Positions 28,485 to 38,147 of a DNA stretch of 64,000 bases are shown in pieces. A model generated the notes under the pieces. That model was not told where the DNA came from and made no database searches. It saw only the letters and a program-made list of their open reading frames with translations. A program made the position numbers and the translations under genes. Within the stretch, counting starts at the first letter, position 1. Every line of letters starts with the position of its first letter. The DNA lies in the IMG/VR virus record IMGVR_UViG_2974791188_000001, positions 5,603 through 69,602 of that record; one strand, 5' to 3'. The DNA is from a virus.

Positions 28485-29219
28485 CCCTCTCCCCCGACAA
28501 CTTCATTCGCCTGAGTAGCCCACGCCAGGGGTGCGAGTCCCTTGGCAGGCACGACGGAGATGCGCCTCTAGCGCCTCCCTCATTCTTTCATTCCCTTTGA
28601 ATCCGCGGTCTCCGTAGGTCTATTTGGCCTGCGCCCGTGCGGTTCGTGTTCCTTTCAGAACTTCATATGCCCGATGACGCTCCTGCCTAACGGTTTAAGA
28701 GTGCAGCCCCGTTGACTTGTCCGGGGAAGCAGCCTAAAGGGGTGGGTGTCGGGAAGTGGCAGAGCCACACAACACAAAGTCTTCACCTGCTGTTTGAGAC
28801 ATGCCGCAAACACATACACAACACACTCCTGCTTCCCCGTTGGGGTGTGGTGATCTGGCGACCAACGTCCTCAGCGTCAGAGCATTAGGTCAACCCACCA
28901 TACGAGTATGGGACGGCACAGCTAGGGCTAAAGCTGTGGGGTTAGGCCGTAAACAGTTCAGGTGAGGGCCGAAGCGAGACGCAACGTTACATGCGGTGGT
29001 AGTCCGATGTTTCCCTTATGAAACGGGGATAGTCCATGTCTGCCGAGGTAGTTCCATCTTTTCTTATTCCAATGTGGGGCCGGTGAGCCTCCTTGGCCGC
29101 GTTGCAGGTTTCTACGGTTCGATCCGACTTCGGCCTGCTGGTTCCTCCCTTCCCGAAACGGGTTGGGGGTTGAACCATCCATGTTCTACCAAGCAAACCA
29201 ACCCTTTAGGAGCACACAA

Positions 29220-29690
29220 ATGACCACTGCGGAACTGATCGACGAACTGCTCAAGCCCGCTCCGATGCCGGAGAAGATGCTAGAGGGTCGTTTCGTCACT
29301 GACGAAACGTTCATCGCGGCACTGACTAAGGCTGCTGTCCTCAATCCGGACTTCGTGTACGAGCCGCGCAAGACCGGCGAAGTACTCCACGATCAAGAGG
29401 TCACGGCCTGCAAGTACCTCAAGGAAGACGGCGTTACCGGCGACTGCGGCGTGGGTGTCGCGCTGATCGAGTGCGGCGTCAACCCGGAATGGCTCAAGCG
29501 CAAAGAGGGCGGCGGCGCTTACACCCTGCTCTCCCAACTGGGCCTGTCGGAACGGGTCCGGTCTATCGCTAGCAGTTTCCAGGAGCGCCAGGACACCGGC
29601 ACTTCGTGGGGCGAAGCGTTGCAGGAGTCGCTTACCAACACCGAGCGGTACGCACGGCGGGACGCTCACTACTACTCCCCTACCGTCTGA
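29220..29690 (+). CDS. hypothetical early protein
   Basis: 156 aa; AGGAG RBS before ATG 29220. Confidence 0.5.
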   Translation: MTTAELIDELLKPAPMPEKMLEGRFVTDETFIAALTKAAVLNPDFVYEPRKTGEVLHDQEVTACKYLKEDGVTGDCGVGVALIECGVNPEWLKRKEGGGAYTLLSQLGLSERVRSIASSFQERQDTGTSWGEALQESLTNTERYARRDAHYYSPTV

Positions 29691-29739
29691 TCCCCCATCC
29701 CCCTCAACTAACCACCACTTGAAAGAAGGTTTCACCGCT

Positions 29740-30360
29740 ATGACGATCGCCACCGAGGACGCCTTGAAGGTTGTTGCCCGCCACCTGGACGCCATCGACC
29801 AGGACGTGTTCACCCCGGATCTGCTCCGCGAGGAGGCTAAGCGTCTTGTCAAGGAGGCCGAGCTGGACGCCATCCAGGACGAGATCAACAAGCTGCCGGG
29901 TATCGCTCTTGCGCTGGCCGGGTTCGGTTGGCTGGCGGTTAAGGCCGCTAAGCCCGACCTCGATGGTGTCAGTAACTACGACGACCTGTCGCTGCGTAAG
30001 AAGTTGGAGTACTACCAGTTCGCGGATGCGGTCATCACGGCGTTCCGGCTTGCGGACCCCAGGTTCATCGAGCTGTCGGATCGGTGCGTTGGCCGAATCC
30101 CGACCGAAGAGGACGAGGCGGCAGTGTATGGCGCGCCGATCGTGGTGCAGCAGGGCGAGAAGATCCCTGGCGATGTGAACGCGGTTCGGTCTTCGTTCGA
30201 CGGCGGCCAGGTGTTTGTGCGGTCGTTCGACCGTGAGCGCTGGGTGCCGAGTCAGTATGTCGAGGCCGACACCAGCTCGCTCGCCAATCAGGGCCTCGGT
30301 TTCACTGAGGACAAGTTCATGCGTGTGGAGTACCCGCTGACTCAGGTCTGGTCCTTCTGA
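29740..30360 (+). CDS. hypothetical protein
   Basis: 206-aa ORF. Confidence 0.5.
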   Translation: MTIATEDALKVVARHLDAIDQDVFTPDLLREEAKRLVKEAELDAIQDEINKLPGIALALAGFGWLAVKAAKPDLDGVSNYDDLSLRKKLEYYQFADAVITAFRLADPRFIELSDRCVGRIPTEEDEAAVYGAPIVVQQGEKIPGDVNAVRSSFDGGQVFVRSFDRERWVPSQYVEADTSSLANQGLGFTEDKFMRVEYPLTQVWSF

Positions 30361-30474
30361 TGCAGGGGCGGCGTACACACAAACTCGACTTGGGTACGGC
30401 GTTCGCCTGTGTGTGCGCCGTCCTCATCTTCGCCCTCTTCTTCTACACACTGCTAACAGGAGCCAACTAAACCC

Positions 30475-30750
30475 ATGACTGCACCTAAGGAGCACCCGCT
30501 TGTCGAGCTGATCGGATCGTGCCTTGCTGCTGATACCGCCGATGAAGCCAACCTGCTGGTATCCAAGTTCCTCGTCGAATACGAGGTCGTGAACCGGGCC
30601 GAGATGGAAAACATGCTTGTCGCGGTCGCTAACCGTAATGCCGCGTATGCCGCCGAAGCTAAGGTGCTGCGCGAAATGTCGAACCTGCCGAACCTCGACG
30701 AGCTGGACGGCCTGAACGACATTACCTACGCCACAGAGGACGATCTGTGA
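30475..30750 (+). CDS. hypothetical protein
   Basis: 91-aa ORF. Confidence 0.45.
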   Translation: MTAPKEHPLVELIGSCLAADTADEANLLVSKFLVEYEVVNRAEMENMLVAVANRNAAYAAEAKVLREMSNLPNLDELDGLNDITYATEDDL

Positions 30751-31037
30751 GCGCTATCGGCGTAGTGGCCGGCCGAGTTTACCGGATCACTAACCGGGTC
30801 ATCGACCAAATGTTGGACGAGTTGATTGACCCCGAGGACGTTAAGGCGGCGCTTAGCGCTGTCCCTCAGTACATCGCGGGTGACCGCTACATGTTCCACG
30901 GTGCCTCACTGACTGCTGTTGGTGTGGATTCGGGTGACGGCTACAAGGTGATCGCTTTGTGTCGGACCCTGGGTGAGTTGGTGTCGTGGGGCTTCAACCC
31001 TTTCGAGAGCGAGAAGGAATGCCTGCTGGCAGCGTAG
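30747..31037 (+). CDS. hypothetical protein
   Basis: 96 aa; GTGA overlap. Confidence 0.45.
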   Translation: MSAIGVVAGRVYRITNRVIDQMLDELIDPEDVKAALSAVPQYIAGDRYMFHGASLTAVGVDSGDGYKVIALCRTLGELVSWGFNPFESEKECLLAA

Positions 31038-31369
31038 AAGACAAGGCCGACTGGGAGGACCGTAACTGGAATGTCCTGGTCGCTGAGAACGCGGAGCTTA
31101 AGGCCGAGAATCGTCGGCTGCGTGAGCAGTTGGATGATCCGATCTATTCAATCTTCGAGGTTGCCAAGGTCTTGGAGGACGGCGGCTACCACAATCCTCA
31201 CGAGAACACGTGGGACACCATCGAGTTCTGGGCGCTGCTGCATCCGGATTGGTGGGATAGCAGTTTGATGAACGAGGAGGGCCGTCGTCATGCCCGTTTG
31301 ACTCGTAACGGGATCATGTTTACCGAGCTTGGTATTGAGGCTGCTAAGGCTCAATATCTGGACGAGTAG
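31019..31369 (+). CDS. hypothetical protein
   Basis: 116 aa; GAGAAGGA RBS before ATG 31019. Confidence 0.45.
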   Translation: MPAGSVEDKADWEDRNWNVLVAENAELKAENRRLREQLDDPIYSIFEVAKVLEDGGYHNPHENTWDTIEFWALLHPDWWDSSLMNEEGRRHARLTRNGIMFTELGIEAAKAQYLDE

Positions 31370-31572
31370 TGGGTTGGTGGTTTAGGCGTCCTAAGCCTGA
31401 CGAGCTTGGGCGCTGCGCTCACATCGTGTGTTCTCCCTGGGAGATGCTTCAAAAGGTTGAAGTCTTCCAGACCGCTAAGTCCGAGCGGCCAATCGGATAC
31501 ATGTTCATCCAGAAGCGGAGCTGCATTGCGTGCGGCTTCACCGAAATATCTGAGAAGGAAGTCAATTTCTAA
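31369..31572 (+). CDS. hypothetical Cys-containing small protein
   Basis: 67-aa ORF. Confidence 0.35.
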   Translation: MGWWFRRPKPDELGRCAHIVCSPWEMLQKVEVFQTAKSERPIGYMFIQKRSCIACGFTEISEKEVNF

Positions 31573-32450
31573 TGGGTTTGCTCATTGCAGCAATCGTCCT
31601 GTCGCTGGTGGTCGCACTGCCGGTGTCGCTCATGCTCCTCGCCAAGAGCCGCTATGACGGTGTCGAGGTCGGTAAGCCTGTTCGCTTCGGCGGCGCTCTA
31701 CTGGTCTGGCTGATCGCGCTCTCCCCTGTCATCTTCGGTTCGGTCACCACCGTCTCCACCAAGAACATCGGTGTCGTGACCGCGTTCAATCGTCCGACTG
31801 GCGAGAACCTGTCCAACGGCCTGCACTTCAAGGCTCCGTGGGAGAAGGTCCACGAGATGGATGGCGCTATCCAGATCCAGACCAAGGAGGGCGAGAACTC
31901 GACCCAGGTCCGGTTGGGTGACAACTCGATGGCGAAGGTCGACTACACGGTGCAGTGGCGGATTAAGCCGGATGCTGCGTCGGCGCTGTACCTGGATTAC
32001 CGAGGGTTCGACTCGGTTAAGGAAAACCTGGTCACTAAGCAGTTCAACAACTCGCTGTCCGATGTGATGAGCCAGTACAACCCGCTGTCTTCGCTGGACA
32101 ATCAGCAGGCCGACACTAACGCGGCGCTGGCTAAGAAGGTTCTCGACGCGATGCGTGACCGTGTCGGCAACCGCATCGAGGTCATGTCGGTGATGCTGCC
32201 GGTCATCCATTTCGACCCGGACACTCAGCACAAGATCAACCAGTTCAACGAGGAGCTGGCGAACACCAAGGTTGCGTTGCAGAAGCAGGCCACGGCGTCG
32301 GCTGAGGCTAAGGCGAACGAGAACCTTAAGTCGTCGGTTACCGACCCGAATGTTCTGGTGTCGAAGTGCCTGGATATTGCGGCGCAGAACAAGACGTCCC
32401 CGGCTGGTTGCTGGCCGGGTAGCAGCACACACATCACTGGCGTCAAGTAA
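31572..32450 (+). CDS. SPFH/band-7 (stomatin/prohibitin-like) membrane protein
   Basis: N-terminal TM then IGVVTAFNRPTGENLSNGLHFKAPWEKVHEMDG...VDYTVQWRI SPFH core. Confidence 0.65.
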   Translation: MGLLIAAIVLSLVVALPVSLMLLAKSRYDGVEVGKPVRFGGALLVWLIALSPVIFGSVTTVSTKNIGVVTAFNRPTGENLSNGLHFKAPWEKVHEMDGAIQIQTKEGENSTQVRLGDNSMAKVDYTVQWRIKPDAASALYLDYRGFDSVKENLVTKQFNNSLSDVMSQYNPLSSLDNQQADTNAALAKKVLDAMRDRVGNRIEVMSVMLPVIHFDPDTQHKINQFNEELANTKVALQKQATASAEAKANENLKSSVTDPNVLVSKCLDIAAQNKTSPAGCWPGSSTHITGVK

Positions 32451-32470
32451 GCCGGAAGGGATCAAATCAA

Positions 32471-32941
32471 ATGAGTCTCACGTATGCGCAGAAAGATGTT
32501 GCCCAGTTCATGCGAACTGCGGGCCAGACGGTTCGTGAAACCCCAACTGTCCCGGAGATGACTCGCGCTCAGCGGACATACCTGGGGCATGTGGTTGACG
32601 CGATGATCCAGACGGCCGAGCTTGCTAAGAGCATTGCGTTGGTCTCCCCGTCGGAGCAGTCGCTACGTGTCCGGCTGCTCACTGAGGAGCTGGCAGAGCT
32701 GGTCGAGGCAATCTGCGACGGCGACCTCGTCGGTATTGCGGACGGCACCACGGACCTGTCGGTGGTGAACATCGGCACCATGTGCACGTTCGGCCTCCCG
32801 GCTGGCCCTTTGTGGGATGAGGTTCACGCCTCGAATATGTCCAAGTTTGTGGACGGTAAGGCTCTTAAGGATGCGTCGGGCAAGGTGATTAAGGGTCCGG
32901 GCTATTTCAAGGCGGATTGCGCGGCGGTGATGCACTCGTGA
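32471..32941 (+). CDS. MazG-like NTP pyrophosphohydrolase (all-alpha)
   Basis: EELAELVEAI...DGTTDLSVV acidic helix motifs typical of MazG/HisE fold. Confidence 0.5.
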   Translation: MSLTYAQKDVAQFMRTAGQTVRETPTVPEMTRAQRTYLGHVVDAMIQTAELAKSIALVSPSEQSLRVRLLTEELAELVEAICDGDLVGIADGTTDLSVVNIGTMCTFGLPAGPLWDEVHASNMSKFVDGKALKDASGKVIKGPGYFKADCAAVMHS

Positions 32942-33204
32942 TCGTCAAGAAGATCAAGGATCGGGTCTACGGCCGCAAAGACGGCGGGAAGCTGCGCATT
33001 CACAGCATCGTCCGCCACAGCGATGCCGGGTTCATCTATGTGGGCCTACGCCAGGGGCAGGCCGACGAGGAAGAGCGGTTGGACCCGGACGGCAGGACGG
33101 CCAGGTTCGACTTCTACCCAGCCACCCCGCGTGAGTGCCGGGAACTTGCCAAGGCCCTTAAGAAAGCTGCTAAGCACATCGACCCGAACAAGGAGTGCCG
33201 ATGA
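32938..33204 (+). CDS. hypothetical protein
   Basis: 88 aa; GTGA overlap. Confidence 0.4.
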   Translation: MIVKKIKDRVYGRKDGGKLRIHSIVRHSDAGFIYVGLRQGQADEEERLDPDGRTARFDFYPATPRECRELAKALKKAAKHIDPNKECR

Positions 33205-33653
33205 AGCGTCTCATCGCTGCGGCAGTGATCGCCGCTGTCGCCGGTATGGGTGTCACCGCATGCAACAGTTCCGCCCCTGCCGGGCAGGACGTGAGCGCTG
33301 TCTGTATCGACCAGCACACCAACATGCGGCTGGACGATGACGAGTGTGAGGACGATGACGGGATCTCTGGCTGGTGGTATTTCGCTGCCGGTGCTGCGAT
33401 CCCGGCTGTCGGCCATCACGTGGCGAAGTCGTCGGGTTCGTACAAGAAGCCGCCGCGCGCTCATGTCCGTAAGCAGCCCCGCATGGGTGTGGCTAAGCCG
33501 TCTCTGGTGAAGCCTCCCAAGCCGTCGGCGTCCAAGCCCCGCACATCGGTATCCAAGCCGACACAGACGACCCGGAAGCGATCGTGGCTGGGGTCGAGCA
33601 GTTCCGGGTCCAAGTCCAAGTCATCGTCACGGTCGGGAGGTTCCCGCCGCTGA
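33201..33653 (+). CDS. secreted lipoprotein with basic Ser/Lys/Pro-rich tail
   Basis: MKRLIAAAVIAAVAGMGVTAC lipobox; AAGGAG RBS. Confidence 0.55.
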   Translation: MKRLIAAAVIAAVAGMGVTACNSSAPAGQDVSAVCIDQHTNMRLDDDECEDDDGISGWWYFAAGAAIPAVGHHVAKSSGSYKKPPRAHVRKQPRMGVAKPSLVKPPKPSASKPRTSVSKPTQTTRKRSWLGSSSSGSKSKSSSRSGGSRR

Positions 33654-33720
33654 CACATTCAAGGGAGGCCCCTAACTGACCGACTACGCAATTAAGCGGA
33701 ACTACTACGACCAGCCGTGG

Positions 33721-34656
33721 GTGATGCCCCCAGGCCCCAACGGTGAGCCGCAACCCCTCACGGGTGAATGGCGGGAGGGTCGGAAGGGTTCCAAGAAGGC
33801 CCGGTGGTGGTACTCGGAGGACGCAACCCCATACTCCCGAATGTCGTCTATCGCTAAGGCCCTGGACACCAAGGAGAACTTGGTTGACTGGGCTGCATGC
33901 CAGGCGGCGGTCGGGGTCATGCTGGATGCGTCCGCACGGTCGGAGGTTGTCACTCTGATCAACGAGTACGACGCCGATCCGTGGAACAACGGTGACGACA
34001 ATTCGCCGAAGAATGGTAAAGCCCGGTTGAAGGAGGCGGTGGAGCAGGCCCGCACTACTGCGGGATCTCATGTCGCCTCGTCGGCGGGTACCGAGTTCCA
34101 CAAGCTGGGCGAGTTGCACAACAGTGGGAAGTCTCCCCGGATTGTGCAGGACCATTTGAAACCTCTGTTTGAGCATTACAAGCAGGCGGTTGCGCCGCTT
34201 GAGTTCTTGCAGCAGGAGTTGTTTGTCGCTAACGATGAGCTTAAGAAGGCTGGGTCTGTTGACTACATGATCCGCATGCCTAAGGGGCTTGTGGTTAAGG
34301 TGCCGTGGATTAAGGGTCCGATTGATTTGTCTGATCGGGTCCTGATCGGTGACCTTAAGACTGGTAAGTGGGATGCGATGTATCCCATGTCTGTGACTAC
34401 GCAGATTGCTGGTTATGCGACGGCTAAGAAGTATGACCAGGAGACGGGCGTCCGTGAGGATTTGCACCCTGACTTGTATGAGTCGTTGGGGTTGTTGGTG
34501 CATTTCCCGATTGGTCGTCCGAATCCTCGGGTCAAGTTCTATCTGCTGGATACGCGGCTGGGGCTGCGTGCGGCACATGTTGCGCAGGACATTGAGGAAC
34601 TGCGTAAAGAGTTCAAGCGCACTGGCGCCAAGCCTAAGGAAGTGACATTTGAGTAA
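33721..34656 (+). CDS. PD-(D/E)xK exonuclease (RecB/RecE/Cas4-like)
   Basis: motifs ...VDYMIRMP...IGDLKTGK (D..E.K arrangement); frame open from 33676 so the start is uncertain; adjacent to Erf-like gene. Confidence 0.65.
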   Translation: MMPPGPNGEPQPLTGEWREGRKGSKKARWWYSEDATPYSRMSSIAKALDTKENLVDWAACQAAVGVMLDASARSEVVTLINEYDADPWNNGDDNSPKNGKARLKEAVEQARTTAGSHVASSAGTEFHKLGELHNSGKSPRIVQDHLKPLFEHYKQAVAPLEFLQQELFVANDELKKAGSVDYMIRMPKGLVVKVPWIKGPIDLSDRVLIGDLKTGKWDAMYPMSVTTQIAGYATAKKYDQETGVREDLHPDLYESLGLLVHFPIGRPNPRVKFYLLDTRLGLRAAHVAQDIEELRKEFKRTGAKPKEVTFE

Positions 34657-35200
34657 CGTCAAGCTCTATCAGCACGGCAATCGGATCATCGGAAGCGATG
34701 GCACAACGATCGAGTCGTGCCAGTGGGATGAGGGTGAGGGTTTCTACAACTTCGACCTTCTCGATACGGTTCCGGCGGCGGCTCGACCGCTGGTGGATCT
34801 TCCCCCGGTTACGGACATGGGCACTGACATTGACGGCGATCCGCTCTACACCACGGGCAACGGCCCCTGGTCCCTGGACGAGACCGACACCACCGTCGCC
34901 TTGGCTGCCCGTATCGACGAGCTGGCCGAGGAACTGTCCATCACCATCGCCTTCCACGACTACCTGCTTGAGCAGAAGGCCAAGGACGCGGAGCTGCTGC
35001 GGCAGATCGAGTCCGAGATTGCCGAGACGGTCAACAAGGCCCGGATCGACCGGTTCGCCGATCTGTACATCAGCACCCGCACCGAGCTGGCCGCGCAGAA
35101 CGGCCGCGAGTACTACGTCACGAGTGACGAAAATCTTCGTGGCGGTATCGCCGCTGTCATCGCCGCTGTCATCGACGCGGTCGAACAGGAGGTCAAGTGA
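34649..35200 (+). CDS. hypothetical acidic protein
   Basis: 183-aa ORF. Confidence 0.45.
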   Translation: MSNVKLYQHGNRIIGSDGTTIESCQWDEGEGFYNFDLLDTVPAAARPLVDLPPVTDMGTDIDGDPLYTTGNGPWSLDETDTTVALAARIDELAEELSITIAFHDYLLEQKAKDAELLRQIESEIAETVNKARIDRFADLYISTRTELAAQNGREYYVTSDENLRGGIAAVIAAVIDAVEQEVK

Positions 35201-35871
35201 CAGATGTTCAATCACGGCTGAGGGCCGTGCAGGGTGCTCTCAAGGCACCTAAGGGGCAGTACAACTCGTTCGCCAAGTATCACTACCGGTCGGCGGAAGA
35301 CATTCTGGAAGCCGCCAAACCGCTGTGTGTCGAGCATGGCCTTGTGTTGACGGTGTCGGATGAGGTTCGCCTGCTGGCCGATGATGGCGCTGCCCGCTTC
35401 TATGTGGTGGCGACCGCGAAGGTGGAGGCCGAAGACGGCAGCTTCATTCTCGCTACCGGCTTTGCGCGTGAAGGTGACGACAAGAAGGGCATGGACCCGG
35501 CTCAGTTGACCGGTGCCACGTCTTCGTATGCCCGCAAGTACGCACTCAACGGCCTGTTTGCGATCGACGACTCTAAGGACGCCGATTCGGACGAGCATGC
35601 CACCCAGACGGGCCAGCAGCCTAAGGGCGGTAAGCCTTCCGGTGGTGCAGCTAAGAGTCGGCCGGCTGCAAACAAGTCGGCGGCGGCTAAGCCTGATGCC
35701 AAGCTGACTGGCTTGAGGGTTAAGGCGAAGAAGGCGCTCTCTGAAAACGAGGTGCCGGTCGATGAGTTTCGCAAGCATCTTGCAACTCTTTCGCCGCTTT
35801 GGGCTGGTGTAGACGAGGTTGATGATCCGGCTGCGCTGGAAGGGATCATTGAGTGGGCCAGCCAGAAGTAG
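35197..35871 (+). CDS. Erf-family single-strand annealing protein
   Basis: GATSSYARKYALNGLF matches the conserved ERF core; followed by low-complexity basic tail. Confidence 0.6.
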   Translation: MTDVQSRLRAVQGALKAPKGQYNSFAKYHYRSAEDILEAAKPLCVEHGLVLTVSDEVRLLADDGAARFYVVATAKVEAEDGSFILATGFAREGDDKKGMDPAQLTGATSSYARKYALNGLFAIDDSKDADSDEHATQTGQQPKGGKPSGGAAKSRPAANKSAAAKPDAKLTGLRVKAKKALSENEVPVDEFRKHLATLSPLWAGVDEVDDPAALEGIIEWASQK

Positions 35872-35882
35872 GTAAGGCCCTT

Positions 35883-36188
35883 TTGCCTGCCGATAGCTGG
35901 ATTCGGCATGAGATGCCGGTGTTGCCTGACGGGTTCTCGTGGCGCATTGATTATGTGCGGGAGAAGCGTGAGGCGTTGGTCCGGTTGACTACGAGGCTGG
36001 CGGGTACGGCCCTGGGTGTGGCGTTGGCTGAGGGCCGCGTCCCGCTCGGGGACAATTCCCCGGATCTCATGTCGGCGGCGTGTGTGGAGCTGGGCAAGGA
36101 GTTGTTGGCTTCGGTGTCGCCGCTTGAGTTGAGTCTGCCGAATCTGCACGGGTATTCGCCCGGTTTGGGGATTGCTAGTGAGTCTTGA
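35883..36188 (+). CDS. hypothetical protein
   Basis: TTG 35883 after AGGTAAGG; ORF open from 35853. Confidence 0.35.
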   Translation: MPADSWIRHEMPVLPDGFSWRIDYVREKREALVRLTTRLAGTALGVALAEGRVPLGDNSPDLMSAACVELGKELLASVSPLELSLPNLHGYSPGLGIASES

Positions 36189-36561
36189 ACCGTCTGAGTG
36201 GGCGCAGTTGGCGCGGCGACTGTGGACTTTGTCCAAGGAGTTGCACGCTGAGCCGCTGGTGTTTGAGCGTTATCCGTATGCGGTGTTCCGTGATCGGAAA
36301 CGCACTTATGACCGGGCGCGGGCTAAGGCTTTGCTTAGGGCACCTATCCGTGACCCTAATGATGAGTCGCGGAAGATGAATGCTGATGATCGTGACGCTT
36401 GGGTTGAGTCTCAGCCTGAGGTTATGGCGGCGTTCGAGGAGTACATGGTGGCTGAGGTCGCTTACGAGTATTTCAAAGAGACGGTGTGGAATCGGAAGTT
36501 AGAGACTGAGATTCTAAGAACGCTGTCTGCGGATAAGAGAGCGGAGTTGAATGTCACGTGA
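36172..36561 (+). CDS. hypothetical protein
   Basis: 129-aa ORF. Confidence 0.4.
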   Translation: MLVSLEPSEWAQLARRLWTLSKELHAEPLVFERYPYAVFRDRKRTYDRARAKALLRAPIRDPNDESRKMNADDRDAWVESQPEVMAAFEEYMVAEVAYEYFKETVWNRKLETEILRTLSADKRAELNVT

Positions 36562-36956
36562 GTGACCTTGCATTGAGCCTGTTGGCTGAGAGTTTGATTG
36601 GTAAACGGGTTAAGTCTGCTACCACGAACAGTTTGACGTTGGATGACGGCACGGTGATCGAGCTGTTCGAGTCGGCGTCGGATTGTTGCGCGTCGGCTTA
36701 TGGCGACTGGGCTTTGGCTGACGCTGTGGATCTGGATGCTGCGATCACGGCCGTGGATCTGACGTCCGAGGAACACGAGGACTACGACAGCCATTACACG
36801 ACGGGTGAGCTGCGGATCATGCACAACCAGAATCCGATTGCCCTGGGTGACCTGTACGCGAACTCCGGTAATGGTGGCTACTACTACTCGGTGCTGTCGG
36901 TGAAGGTGCATCTGCCGACGGGTGGTTCGATCCAGACGGAGTTGATTTCGTCGTGA
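36558..36956 (+). CDS. hypothetical protein
   Basis: 132 aa; GTGA overlap. Confidence 0.45.
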   Translation: MSDLALSLLAESLIGKRVKSATTNSLTLDDGTVIELFESASDCCASAYGDWALADAVDLDAAITAVDLTSEEHEDYDSHYTTGELRIMHNQNPIALGDLYANSGNGGYYYSVLSVKVHLPTGGSIQTELISS

Positions 36957-37243
36957 GCTACCAGGAGGACATGCTGGCATGGGCCGTCCATAAGGCTAAG
37001 GCCGCTAACCAGTGGCATGACGGCCGTGAGGCGGTCGAGGTTGTCGTCGATACCGAAACCCGGTGGTCGGGTGGCTGTGAGACGTGCGAGTACAGCTATG
37101 ACGTCACTGTCGTCACGGTCTACTACAAGGCCGAGGGTGGTTGGCGTAGGCCGGTCGAGGTCGATTTGGGGGAAATGACCACGTCTGACGTGATGATCGA
37201 CTTCCTCAAGTTCTGTGACGAACTGAGGGAAGCCGGTAAGTGA
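36953..37243 (+). CDS. hypothetical protein
   Basis: 96 aa; GTGA overlap. Confidence 0.45.
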   Translation: MSYQEDMLAWAVHKAKAANQWHDGREAVEVVVDTETRWSGGCETCEYSYDVTVVTVYYKAEGGWRRPVEVDLGEMTTSDVMIDFLKFCDELREAGK

Positions 37244-37620
37244 TCGACAAGCTGCTCGCTGACATTCACTTTCAAGCGTGCGGCATGGCGGGAGTCGAAA
37301 TACCGTTCGGCTCCCGCGAAGTGAGTCCCGCTCACGTGGTAGAGGCACTGCTGCCCAAAATTGCCACGGGGCGGGACTCCATCCCCTTCCTAGGCTCCCC
37401 CGACTGGGCCGACACGAAAGACCCACGGTCGATCTACGTGGCCGCTCTGTCGTGGGCGCTGCTGTCCCAGTTCCTCCAAGACGGCCAGCTCGACGCGGAA
37501 CGCATAGCGCGCTTCTACCAAGAGCAGGGCTGGGACATAACCCAACTGCCGCTACGTCTGAGGTTCGCCGCTGAGGCGATGGAAGGAGTTACCCAACGTG
37601 CACTGGATGCTGCGGGCTAA
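37240..37620 (+). CDS. hypothetical protein
   Basis: 126 aa; GTGA overlap. Confidence 0.45.
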   Translation: MIDKLLADIHFQACGMAGVEIPFGSREVSPAHVVEALLPKIATGRDSIPFLGSPDWADTKDPRSIYVAALSWALLSQFLQDGQLDAERIARFYQEQGWDITQLPLRLRFAAEAMEGVTQRALDAAG

Positions 37621-37909
37621 ATGTCGCGGTAATGACCCAGAACTGTACGACGTCGGGAATCTAACTCCCGGCAGAGAAGACGTAGAAGCAGCTCAGCTAT
37701 GTGCGGGCTGCACGGTAGTGCCCGAGTGCGCGGAAGATGCGCTGACGCTCATCAACGTCTCTCGGACATTGCGCGCTGTTGCTGACAAGCCGGACCCCGA
37801 ACCGGGAGACGACCTTGTCCCCCACCTAGGCGTTGTGCGCGCAGCAACGGTTATCAGGATGCCGAAAGGATTTGATTTTGAGCTACTTTCGGCCGGGGCC
37901 GGAACTTGA
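37598..37909 (+). CDS. WhiB-like Fe-S transcription factor
   Basis: four-Cys pattern AKCRGNDPELY...CAGCTVVPEC. Confidence 0.6.
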   Translation: MHWMLRAKCRGNDPELYDVGNLTPGREDVEAAQLCAGCTVVPECAEDALTLINVSRTLRAVADKPDPEPGDDLVPHLGVVRAATVIRMPKGFDFELLSAGAGT

Positions 37910-38147
37910 CTGGCAGCTAAGCGCTAAGTGCGCTAACGAAGATCCCGCTAACTACGAGGTCGCGGCCCTTAACGAGTTGTGGCCCGAGAAGCAAGCAGAA
38001 CTGTTGTGCCGGGGATGCCCGGTGCGCAACGCCTGCTATCTCAACGCCTTGCAGGAGTACTCAACTTCGGAGTATGCGGGATTCACCGACGAGCTGGACG
38101 CCGAGCTGTGGACAGAGGGCGTGGTTCGAGCTGGGAGAATTTGGTGA
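37878..38147 (+). CDS. second WhiB-like protein
   Basis: AKCANEDPANY...LLCRGCPVRNAC; TTG 37878 after AAAGGA; ORF open from 37833. Confidence 0.5.
   Translation: MSYFRPGPELDWQLSAKCANEDPANYEVAALNELWPEKQAELLCRGCPVRNACYLNALQEYSTSEYAGFTDELDAELWTEGVVRAGRIW

Noticed and set aside
29090-29135. tRNA 3'-end-like sequence (acggttcgatccgact) as a possible attP core
   Set aside because: Flanks do not form a T-stem and no acceptor-like sequence follows; no integrase present in the window.
33493-34662. 389-aa minus-strand ORF opposite the exonuclease gene
   Set aside because: Antisense artefact; Arg-rich; exonuclease motifs are on the plus strand.
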